Both the position numbers and the translations under genes were made by a program. The notes under the pieces were generated by a model that saw only the letters and a list, made by a program, of their open reading frames with translations, made no database searches and was not told the DNA's origin. A stretch of 63,824 nucleotides of DNA, the filler included, from Octopus bimaculoides (lineage: Eukaryota), in NCBI RefSeq assembly GCF_001194135.2. It is 7 parts of 7 records of this genome, joined end to end, with 100 filler letters (N's around TTAATTAATTAA, not from the genome) between each part and the next. Parts side by side here need not be neighbours in the genome. Positions count along the whole stretch, not along the records: positions 1 to 24,050 come from NC_068991.1; 6 more parts are not named here. One strand, written 5' to 3'. Positions 11,733-22,187 of the stretch are shown here, piece by piece; positions within the stretch are counted from its first letter, which is position 1; the number at the start of each line of letters is the position of its first letter.

Positions 11733-12854
11733 TGGCCTAGTCACCCGTATAGTTAACCAGGTGAAACATGAAGGAGTCATACCCAATGACTGGTGTAGCA
11801 GCACCATAGTCAACTGCTACAAAGGTAAAAGTGACGCTTTAGACACAAACAGTTACAGAGGTATCAAGTTGTTGGATCAGATAATGAAGGTCATGGAGAG
11901 GGTCATAGCCCAACTAATTAGGGAGAGAGTCATTTTAGATGAGATGCAGTTTGGGTTCGTGCCAGGGAAAAGCACCACTGATGCTATATTTCTGGTAAGA
12001 CAGCTGCAGGAGAAATACCTAGCCAAAGATAAACCTCTGTACCTGGCTTTCGTTGACATAGAGAAAGCCTTTGACAGGGTCCCCTGATCCCTTATCTAGT
12101 GGTCAATGAAGAAACTAGAGATAGATGAATAGTTAGTGAGAGCTGTGCAAGCCATGTACAGGGATGCTGTCAGTAAGGTGACAGCTGGCAACGAGTACAG
12201 TCAAGAATTCTGAGTAGGGGTAGGGGTCCACAAAAGATTGGTCCTCAGCTGCCTCTTATTCATCATAGTCCTCCTGGCAATAACAGAGAAATTCAAGACA
12301 GGATGCCCCTGGGAGCTCCTCTATGCTGATGAACTTGCCCTAATTGCTGAGTCACTATCAGAACTAGAGGAAAAGTTTCAGGTGTGGAAGCAAGGATTAG
12401 AATTGAAGGGCCTTAGAGTCAACCTAGCTAAAACCAAAGTCTTATTAACTAGGAAGACAGACAAATCACAAATCCCTTCAGGTAGACAGCCCTACTCAAG
12501 CTGTAGAAAAGGCGTAGGTAGAAACTCCATAAGATGTACCCAGTGTAAGCTATGGATACATAAGAGGTGCAGCAATATCAAAGGGACGCTAACTGGGAAG
12601 ATAGTTTTTGTATGTGGCAAATGCTCTGGTGCTATAAACAGCTTCTTTCACATTCCAGGGAGAAAAGCTACAAGTAGTTGATAGCTTCCGTTACCTAAGG
12701 GACCAAGTCAGTAGCAGGAGTGGATGCGCTGAAAGTGTAGCTGCTCAAATAAGAATAACGTGGGCAAAGTTCAGAGAGCTCCTACCTCTGCTGGTGACAA
12801 AGGGCCTCTCACTCATAGTAAAAGGTAGACTGTATGACACGTGTACGAACAGCC
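11733..12854 (+). mobile_element. RTE-clade LINE copy D, RT fragment with stops
   Basis: GVIPNDWCSS, YRGIKLL, DIEKAFDRV, LLYADEL and PHD-like CTQCKLWIHKRC..CGKC; premature stops at 12085 and beyond. Confidence 0.92.
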
Positions 12855-12905
12855 GTGGGTTGGACAATTTGACTGAGGACTGGTGAACCAGAAGGCTGCA
12901 CCAGG
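12855..12905 (-). mobile_element. RTE 3'-end fragment fused in inverted orientation to copy D
   Basis: gtgggttggacaatttgactgaggactggtgaacc matches 16982-17015. Confidence 0.85.
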
Positions 12906-13642
12906 NNNNNNNNNNNNNNNNNNNNNNNNNNNNNNNNNNNNNNNNNNNNNNNNNNNNNNNNNNNNNNNNNNNNNNNNNNNNNNNNNNNNNNNNNNNNNNN
13001 NNNNNACGGTTTTTTTCAAATGAATCAAGTCATAACCTTATCCATCTATTGTTTCATAATCAGTCATAATATCTTACGTTTAAGATGATTCCCATGCTTT
13101 CCCTGATGAGAAGGTTACAACTTTAATATCAAAGATCCCTATGGATCACACAGGTTGTAATCCTTTGAAACATATGTAGGAATAAAGTATGCAATTATAA
13201 CATGCGTTTTCTCCATTCCTTAAATTCTTAAATATACTCAAATACCCAATATATAAGCAGAAAATGGAGAAAACTTTTGATAAACAAACAAACTGACCAG
13301 CATCGGTTAATTATTTTTTAATACAAAACATAACACAACATAACATTACATAACATTTCTTATGGCTGTTTCAGCTGCTGATGTCAATCGGTGCTTACAA
13401 AGAAAATTCCGAAAATAATATTTGCCATCTTTATAGCACATTCGATCAAATACATGGAGCTTCATCAGAGTGAATACAAATACATAAAATACAATAAAAT
13501 AAACGGAGGGAAGAGGAAAGAACAGGGCCTTGAGATGAGGCCAGAGGGTTCAATATATCAGAATCATACCATTTTGCAGTGTGAAGCTTGAAATTGATAG
13601 GCAAAAGAGTGAACTAGCAAACGAGCTAGAGAAACAATTTAT

Positions 13643-13926
13643 GGGTTATCTCTTTATGTAGGGGTATCAGGATTTATAAATACTAGTAGGATAACACTAG
13701 TGTTATACTTATGATTTCGTAAATAGAGCTAATTAATATTTATCCCAAACCATTATTAACTAGCTCTATTTACGTAATCATAAGTACTATTTGTTTTCTA
13801 GACATATTGGTGATTCCTGTTTTACTTTAGAACTAGTGTTATCCTACTACTATTTATACACCCTGGTACCCCTACATAAAGAGATAACCCAAATTAAGGT
13901 CAGATGGTAACTTAGCTGACCTTAAT
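13643..13926. repeat. Nested inverted repeats: 59-bp outer stem, 33-bp inner stem, 11-bp flanking hairpin
   Basis: 13643-13701 pairs with 13832-13890 (4 mismatches); 13706-13738 pairs with 13754-13786 (2 mismatches); 13893-13903 pairs perfectly with 13916-13926. Confidence 0.92.
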
Positions 13927-14305
13927 ATGAAGAATAATAATAAGAACCCTGATATTAAAAATAGAAAGGCTAAACCTGGAAATAAAACAAATAAAACATG
14001 TAATTGTCGTAATAGGGAGGTTTGTCCCTTAAAAGGTTTCTGTTTAAGGAGAAATATCGTATATAAAGTTGAAGTCTCAACCCTTACTGAACCTAAAGAT
14101 ATTTACATAGGTAGTACAACTGATTTTAAGATTAGATATCGGGCACATACAAATTCATTTACTAACCACGAAGCTAAAAATTCAACCACACTAGCTACCC
14201 ACATCAATAACTTAAAAATGCACAATAATGAATTATCTTGATTGGTCTATAATAACGGAAACCACACCATATAATACACACCCGAAAAATTGCAATTTAT
14301 GCACC
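13927..14305 (+). mobile_element. Penelope-like element GIY-YIG endonuclease fragment
   Basis: CNCRNREVCPLKGFCLRRNIVYK..DIYIGSTTDFKIRYRAH..NSTTLATHINNLK; after a frameshift near 14235, DWSIITETTPYNTHPKNCNLC. Confidence 0.88.
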
Positions 14306-14819
14306 AGTTTGGCTGTGTAACATTGCAAGCAAGCAAGCGAGATTGAAGTTCATTTTTAATAGTATACAGATGCTGTACATTTGTTTAAGTAATTAAAAAC
14401 CACCAGTCATATGGCATGCATGAGTTTTATGTGAACTTGTCTGTTTTTTCTATATATTGTGATTAAAATAAACAGGGACACACAATTGATTTCATCGCTT
14501 CGGGATCATGGTTGATGTTGTTACTCCTTCTCATACATTCTGTCAACATTTAGATTTACAGAGTATCTACTTTCACAGTATAATACCTGTCATGGTCTAT
14601 ATTATTAATCTCATCATAATCAGAGCATGTGTGATTATTTTAATCTTTTATTATTGCAATTCTTACTAGATACTTCATTCTTGACTATGTCCCCACTAAA
14701 CATATTAGTTAACTCTACATTTGTCTTATTATCATTAAATTCATGAATATAATATTCTTGGTTATTAGAAGTAGTATGTGATAATTTCATTGTATGCCTT
14801 TTAAAATTCCTCTTTTCTA

Positions 14820-15052
14820 GTTTGGGCTTGCTATCTCTCTCTGTTTCATGTTTACAAGTAAAAGAATAAATAAATGTATATAGTTAAGTTATATTTGAGT
14901 AAAAAGTGCTAGAGCTAGTTATACAGAAAAAATCAAATATATGCTTGACAATAATCTAATTAATTTAAATAATCACAATACTAATAGAACTAAACCATAC
15001 CTTGGAAGATGAAATTGTAAACATGAAACAGAGAGAGATAGCAAGCCCAAAC
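14820..15052. repeat. Perfect 38-bp inverted repeat (14820-14857 / 15015-15052) with 157-bp spacer
   Basis: gtttgggcttgctatctctctctgtttcatgtttacaa and its exact reverse complement. Confidence 0.93.
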
Positions 15053-15099
15053 ATCAAAGTACCTAAGAATATTTGGTGGAGAAGAATGGAGTTTGTCCA

Positions 15100-15305
15100 G
15101 TTTTACCTTCCCTTCAAAGCAGCATAAAAATCTAGATTCAGCAGACCATTGGTAAGCTTTGTCAGACAGACTTCTTACATGTACAAGTGATAGGACAGTC
15201 TGTTCTTGAAAGCCATCAAAATTGGGATTCATTCCTAATCATTCTTAGTTTGAAAAACTTAGTATGAACTAACTCTTAATGAAGTCAATTGCATAGAAGT
15301 AGAAG

Positions 15306-15360
<55 letters not shown>

Positions 15361-16020
15361 ATTGCAAGGAAACTGCAGAAGAAAAGGGATACAAATGTAA
15401 GACTGGAAAAAGATGCTGACAATGTCATGGTGGATAAAACTTAAGTTTTCTGATTGAATTTCATTGTTTAACTCTTCAATAATGATAAAAAAGCTTGAAA
15501 ATCACATTTTGATTTTTAAAAATATTAAAATTGAATTTTTCTCCTGCAGAAAAGACAACTTCTTCAGAGGTTGATGCTAGATTGTATCATATTTCTCTTC
15601 CTTGGTCTATTTGTTGCTTTATCATTTGCATTTCCATACATGTTTCTGGCACTCAGTTCTAACTCTTCATACTTACCCCAATGTAATTTTAGAAAGTTTT
15701 CCAAGGAATCAGCTAGATCCTTCACTTTATTCAGATCAACTTCAGCTGCTTGAAAAGCTTTGTTTTTACTGTTAAACCATACAAGAATTAAATTTCAGAT
15801 ATTAGCCATAGCAGCAATTTCAACACAGTCCAATAACTGAGCTGCATATCTTACCAATGATTGAGCTGCATATCTTGCTTCAGATGTTTGCTTGAAGTCA
15901 TCTCCAATATCTGAGTGTATTTTGAATGCAGTTATATCCATCAATGAGGGCATCAATAACATGTGCACTTACTAACCAACAAATTTTTGACTGGGACTTC
16001 AAAGTCATTACATTCATGTA
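15100..16020 (-). mobile_element. Decayed hAT-superfamily transposase (ZMYM1-like type), C-terminal half, interrupted by (GA)n
   Basis: Manual minus-strand translation: TLKSQSKICW..IDALIDGYNCIQNTL (degenerate TRW region), NKAFQAAEVDL..ADSLENFL..RPRKR, and SFSKLRMIRN (hAT dimerisation motif) near 15225-15260; stops and frameshifts. Confidence 0.7.
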
Positions 16021-16930
16021 TTTATTTTACATGATTCCTGATGTGAAATCATGTGTTGAAACAGATATTGTTATATTTTGGGATGGTGGTTTTTAGGGGT
16101 TTTTTTTTCTTTGCTAAATTAACACACACACTATATATTCGTTCTTCACTTCAAATTTATTATTGTTCTTATTTTATTTTAGAGTCCTTTGTCTGAAATC
16201 TTTCATCATACATCCTGTGACCTCATCAGTGACTCTTCATCCCATATATCTCCTCCTGTTCTGTTTAGGTTATTCTGTCTTTCTATGGTGTGTATCCTTA
16301 TCTGCACATGCATTTGCATCTGTATCTATGTGTGTGTGTGTGCATGTGTGTGTATGTGTACATGTCTGCTTGTGTCTATGTGTTTTGTATGTGTGTTTTG
16401 TGTGTGTGTGTGTGCATGTGTATATAAGTTTGCTTATTATACTGCTTGTACCTGTGTCCTTCATTTATTTCCTGTTTTTCATTTATATACTCAATTATTT
16501 CTCTATTTTTTTTTCTCATCCGGTCTTAGGTTTGTGTATGTGTGTCTTTTGTATGTATCTGCAAATGGGTTTATGTATTATACTGTTAGCATCTGTGTAT
16601 TTTCTTTTCTCTCATTCTGTCTTTAATTGTCAAGTTTCATAGTGTGATGGTAGGGTGTGTTTTTTTAGTTTTCTGTTGAGGCTCAGTCTATCTGTTACTA
16701 TATGTCTGGCCTCTGTAATCTGTCTAAGTGTCATGTCTGTTCTATGTGTTGATAATACCTTAACATCTATGTTATCAACTGAGCCTCTATGTTTTAATTA
16801 AGCATATTGGTAGAGCACTCATGATCTATTCTCCTTTTTGAGATCCCACCAGTGTTCACTTATCTGTTCCCCTCTGCTGTGTGCTGTCTACCCAATGTAT
16901 GTTGTCTTGTTTCTGTATCGTCCCTCAATA

Positions 16931-17452
16931 CATCATCATCATCATCATCATCATCGTTTAACGTCCGCTTTCCATGCTGGCGTGGGTTGGACGATTTGAC
17001 TGAGGACTGGTGAAACCGGATGGCAACACCAGGCTCCAATCTAATTTGGCAGAGTTTCTACAGCTGGATGCCCTTCCTAACGCCAACCACTCAGAGAGTG
17101 TACTAGATGCTTTTACGTGTCACCTGCACGAAGGCCAGTCAGGCGATACTGGCAACGGCCACGCTCGAAATGGTGTCTTTTATGTGCCACCCGCACAAGC
17201 CAGTCCAGGGGCACTGGCAACGATCTCGCTCGAAAATGCTATGAAGGCCAGTCAGGCGGTACTGGCAACGGCCACGCTCAAAATGGTGCATCGCATGTGC
17301 CACCCGCACAAGAGCCAGTCCAGGGGCACTGGCAACGATCTCACTTGGCTTGCCGGGTCTTCTCACGCACAGCACATTTCCAAAGGTCTCGGTCAGTAGT
17401 CATTGCCTCGGAGAGGCCCAATGTTCGAAGGTCTTGCCTCACCACCTCAGCC
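16931..17452 (-). mobile_element. 5'-truncated RTE copy E (ORF C-terminus + 3' UTR + (ATG)n tail)
   Basis: (CAT)n at 16931-16955; minus strand encodes WAEVVRQDLRTLGLSEAMTTDRDLWKCAVREKTRQAK*; internal ~115-bp duplication at about 17130-17345. Confidence 0.9.
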
Positions 17453-18311
17453 ATATAGTCTATACTATAGACTACATTCCTCATCTTACAGTTAACCTAT
17501 GGGTTCATCCTATATACCATACAGGATGAACCTAGAGGCTTGCAGCCAAAGTAAGTCAAATGTTAACAGAAAAGAATTCAAGTGATTAACAACAAAAGAA
17601 GGATTACAGATTAAGGATTTCAATTTCATTGAATTACTTTTCTTCAAAATTGTTTCACTTTCATGGGATCTTGGAAATAAAGTACCATAAACACTTTAGG
17701 AAAATGATAGTTTTGAAAAGAAATTGTGTATTTCATGGCTTCCTCTAAACTCCAAACCACCATCTAACAATATTTGAGCATACAACTCTACTTTCACTCG
17801 TGTTAATAAAAATGTCATTTGAAGACGTGACGGTTCAAAACATTTTGTGAGGGCAGAGAGTATTTTGGATTGCAAATAAGATCTGTTGTTGTTAGTGTTG
17901 TCCTTGAATTTATTTTTATGTTTGGATATTTTTTTGTTTTTAAATCCACCTATTTACAATTTATATAGTAATAGACATCCACTAAAATAACATGTTCAAA
18001 AGAGATAACTGAAAATTGTAAAATAAAGTTGAAGAATAGCAACAATGAGAGGTATTAAATCATAATCATCAGTGAAACTTTTTTTGCGAATGAAACACAA
18101 AAAAGAATAACAAATTGGTAGGCTGACAATGATGGAAAATATAGAAAAAGAAAGAAAGACCAAAAAGGTTAGGTTCAATGGAAAACAAAAATTTGAACCA
18201 GGCGTATTACAAAATTGAAAGAGAGAAAAACTGTTTTTATCTGTGGAGTGATATTATGCAAAAAAGATAATTTTATAATTAAACAGTAAATAAGAAGTAT
18301 TTCATAAATAA

Positions 18312-19301
18312 CTAGCAGTATAACCCGACCTTGTCCGGGTGTGACTTATTACGCCATCTATGATAAGTCTTGCTAGGTGAAAATCAACTAAAAAAGAAAG
18401 CTTTACAACGAAAAAACCCTTATGATGTAAATATGTTCATAATTCAAAAGACAATGAAATTAATAGGCTGTTTTGCGTAAAATTATTAAGCATACGTAAA
18501 TTTCATCCATCTAATTGGCTATAAAAATGTTTGTGCAAAACAACTTTTTGCGCTGCCCTGATTATACATAGCGTTTGAGAGAGCGAGAGAGGAAGAGGTA
18601 GAGAGAAGGGGAGAAAGGAATAGAGGTAGTTAAAAGTTTTCTTATGACTGCTTCTCTTCACTGCCTATTACTTCATTAGAAATCTACGGATGCACATAAG
18701 CACATAATAGAGAAAAATGAAACAAATATGGACGACTTGCTCCGAAACACCACCGAGTGGGGAACACTTCTCAAAAATAACCTGCAATTGTTTCCTTTAA
18801 AATTCCTACATGCTTGAAATGTACGTACATCAAGGTATATTTGTAGAAAATTTCACGAAAATATATTCATTTTCTTGGAAGTTAAGAGGAATTTAAGTGG
18901 AATTTCCGAAAATTGTCCCCCACCCCCTCCCAAAACACTTTCTCCGAAAATTTTTGTATATTCTACATAATAAATAATATATGCATAGAAAATTTCATTA
19001 AAAAATATTCATTTTTCTGAAAGTTATGACCTTCCAAAGTCGGGGGGTACAATTCTGTAGTTATGCCACACTGACGAACATGAGTTATATTTTTGTGAAT
19101 GATTGTGTTTACTTGCACGTGTATGCGTTTGAGAGAGCGAGAGAGGGAGAGGGGGAGAAATGAATAGAGAACGAGAGCAATGTGTATGTTGTTGTTACAG
19201 ATCACGTATGTGTGGTTGTGTGTGTTTTTACACATCAATGTTATGAAAAATAGGTAAAGAATACTGAGAGGAAAGTTTAATCTATGACTTTGTATGTATC
19301 A

Positions 19302-19332
<31 letters not shown>

Positions 19333-19622
19333 CCCCTCTTTTACTCTTACTCTCTATATTATATGGTGAACGCGTGTGTAAGAACGCTGTTCCAGGTAGA
19401 AGGGAAGAAATATAAAAGTTGCTAGAAACAACAGCCAAATCTCCCTTAAATCACACAAAGTAAACGAAATTTAAAAAATCTAATTACTGCACTGGAAAGT
19501 TCACATCGAGAAAATTCCATTGATGTAAAAATGTTTACGAAAAAGTGGAAAATATGGATTTCTATACACTTTTAAAAAGGCTTCACACAGACACACAACT
19601 TCAGCTTTATATATTAAGAAGA
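18312..19622 (-). mobile_element. Non-autonomous Helitron with canonical termini
   Basis: Minus strand begins TCTTCTTAATATATAAAG at 19622 after an A and ends in a GC-rich hairpin acccggacaaggtcgggt (18340-18323), then tatactgCTAG (18312), then T. This fits 5'-TC...hairpin-CTAG-3' inserted in an A|T site with no TSD. Confidence 0.78.
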
Positions 19623-19764
19623 TGATCAGTGTAGCAAAACACTTCAATGTCAAACTTTAGGGAATGGCAATATATGTGAGTGCATGTTTGTTTGTGCATG
19701 TGTGTGTATGTGTATATGTGTTTGTTTTATATGTGTGTGTATGGTTTCTATAGCTGAATACCCT

Positions 19765-20220
19765 TCCTAATGCCAACCACTTTGAGAGTTTAATAGGTGC
19801 TTTTACATGCCACTGGCATGGATGCCAGTTGCATGACACCAGTATCTGCCATGACTATGATTTCACTTAACTTGGTGGGTCTCCTACTCAAGTACGGCAT
19901 ATTGCTGAAGGTCTCAGTCATTTGTCATTACTTCCATGAGGCCCAATGCTTAAAAATTGCTTATGTGCCACCAGCACAAGTGCTAGGTACACAATACTGG
20001 CATTGATCACATTGTTTCCTTGAGGCCCAATACTTGAAAGGTGCTTTTTATGTGTCACTGGCATGGGTACTAGTTATGTGACACCAGCATCAGCTACATC
20101 GCCCCCATGAGACCCAATACTCAAAAGGTGCTATTTATGTGCTGGTGTCACATAAGTGAAACCAGCATCGGCCATGACTATGATTTCTCTTGGCTTGATG
20201 GGTCTTCTCAAGCACAGCAA
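19765..20220 (-). mobile_element. Old RTE-derived 3' UTR / modular repeat fragment (copy F)
   Basis: cccttcctaatgccaaccactttgagag and repeated ccatgaggcccaat(g/a)ct modules shared with copies B, C and E. Confidence 0.75.
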
Positions 20221-20361
20221 TTTTAATACTACAATTTTAAAATAAAGTAAATAAGTTTGTTTAATAATCCAATTTTTCAGATGTGGGTTGGGGGGATTAC
20301 TTGCTTTTGTAAATAACTTCATATTAATTTTTGTTTTAAATAACCTAAATTATTCAATAAA

Positions 20362-21480
20362 ATATAGCCACTTGTGACTGTGTCTCTATGAGTAGCACTG
20401 AATCATGTGTATTATTCATAATTTAATTTTAAATTTATTAGCAATGAAGTTATTTATATGCTTTGATAAATTATGTCATTGGCCATTGTTAATTAAATTT
20501 ATTACATAACACAAGTGTTTATTTTTCATGTCAATTAGCAACAATTATTATTTTCATCAACTCAAGATCTATGGGACTTAGGGTGAGCCTGGTCACTGAA
20601 AATTTTGGGTCTTGCAATTTGTTATCGTTTGGTGAGCCATGTTGCAAATTCAAGATGATGATTATATTGTAGTTGTTCCTTGTTATGAAATCAATAATTT
20701 TTTGCTTATAAAAATGCATGTAATTCATTAATGATTGCAAGAAAATAAATTTGCATAAAAAAATAACTTTATTTTATTTTTATTTTCTTTAAAATTCCAA
20801 ATTCACTTGATAGAATATAGACATTTCTGGCTGTGTCTCTATGGGCAGTACTGAAGTTTTGTAGTAAGGTTGTTCAGAAAAGGCAGTGGTCAAAAGTGCT
20901 TATATTCTACAACTTATCTTTTAAGTTTAATATTTAATTAATAAAGTTATTTTTAATATGCTTTCTGCTATTTTTGCTGATTTCTTTTTAGTTGCTTTAA
21001 TTTCTCTTTTAATTATTTAATCAGGAAAGTTCATTAATGTGTTATATTTTTCAGATATACACATCTAATTTTATTGAGGAAAGAATATAGTCATTTTTGG
21101 CTGTGTCTCTATGGGCAGACCTGAAAGCATGTAGTAAGGCTGTCCAGAAAAGGCATTATTATAAAGTGATTATATTCTTAACTTATTATTATTTAATATC
21201 GAAATTAATTTAAAGGGATTTTCATATATCAGTTTTTGTATTATGGGAATGTTGGTAATTTTCACTTGTGTATAGCTGATATGCTTTCATAATTACTGTT
21301 GTATTGAATCATTATTGATAGATCTAGATCAGCAGCCAACATTGCTATTATCACAAACTCAAAATCTAGGTTACTTAATGATAACTGATGGTTTTGGGGT
21401 CTTGTTGTTTGTAACCGATTGGTGAGCCATGGTGCAACCTTCAGGATGGTAAAATTCTCTGCCATTAATTTGGTGTGGAT
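20362..21480. repeat. Diverged dispersed-tandem modules in order A-B-A-A-B
   Basis: Module A (aatatag.cattt.tggctgtgtctctatg) at 20362, 20813 and 21083; module B (...gggtcttg...ttggtgagccatg.tgcaa..ttca.gatg) at about 20546 and 21341. Confidence 0.8.
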
Positions 21481-22127
21481 AGGTAATATCAGTAGTTGTT
21501 GCTCTTTGAAAGTTTATCAAATCCAATTTTCAATAAGGTAAAATCTTAAATTTTTAATTGATACATATTGATTTGCAGAATAGCATAGTCTGGAAAAAAC
21601 ATGGATTACATGGGAAAATGCAAGCAAGAGAAATAATCGTAAGATATAATTGCCAACCAAGTGTGGCGTCCTATACGGAACAGTACTACTGACGTTTATA
21701 GCCTCAGGAAAACATCTCTTTCAGTTGTTATGATTCCATATTGCTACTGTTTACATCTCACTCAGAGATTTAATATAGCTTATTTCTCCTTTTTTAAGAG
21801 AAGACTGCAGCTAAGGATAAAATTTGAATATTAAAAATCATTTGATTTTAATTTACAAAGTAATATTACTGTTAGATTGTAGTTCGTTTGCGGTCCCGTG
21901 TGTCAATGTAGTTCGTCTGAGTTCCTTGTTTTCGTTGTTGTTTTGAATGACTGTGGTAGTAAAATGTCATTGATATATATAGCGCGGACATGATTCTTGT
22001 TTATTAATGACGAACATTTGGTGAGTGCGTTCTTTGTATGTAATTAAATAATAAATGTAATAATTAAATTGTACAACTCGTTGTCTTTTCTCTGCGAGTC
22101 TCCCGAGAGGAATACAACAGAGTTTAT

Positions 22128-22146
22128 TGGCGTCGCGGGTAGGATT
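22128..22146 (+). promoter_or_regulatory. Primer binding site, tRNA-Ser-like
   Basis: TGGCGTCGCGGGTAGGATT is complementary to a tRNA 3' end (AATCCTACCCGCGACGCCA) with a T-arm AATCC; the Ser assignment is by resemblance only. Confidence 0.7.
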
Positions 22147-22187
22147 ACATGCATACTTTGCCGTAAAATTGTTCATCGTAATAACAA

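Noticed and set aside
13103-13130. Hammerhead cores CTGATGA (13103, 58656) and CTGAAGA (31102)
   Set aside because: No stem II closed by GAAA downstream.
15001-15062. Minus-strand exon encoding a transmembrane-like TLMFGLAISLCFMFTISSSK with AAG|GTATGG donor
   Set aside because: Lies immediately 3' of the hAT remnant and inside the inverted repeat; no partner exons or recognisable homology.
20820-20870. Conserved TGA in module A read as selenocysteine (HFWLCLYGQY*)
   Set aside because: Other copies have additional stops in that frame and no SECIS-like element was seen.
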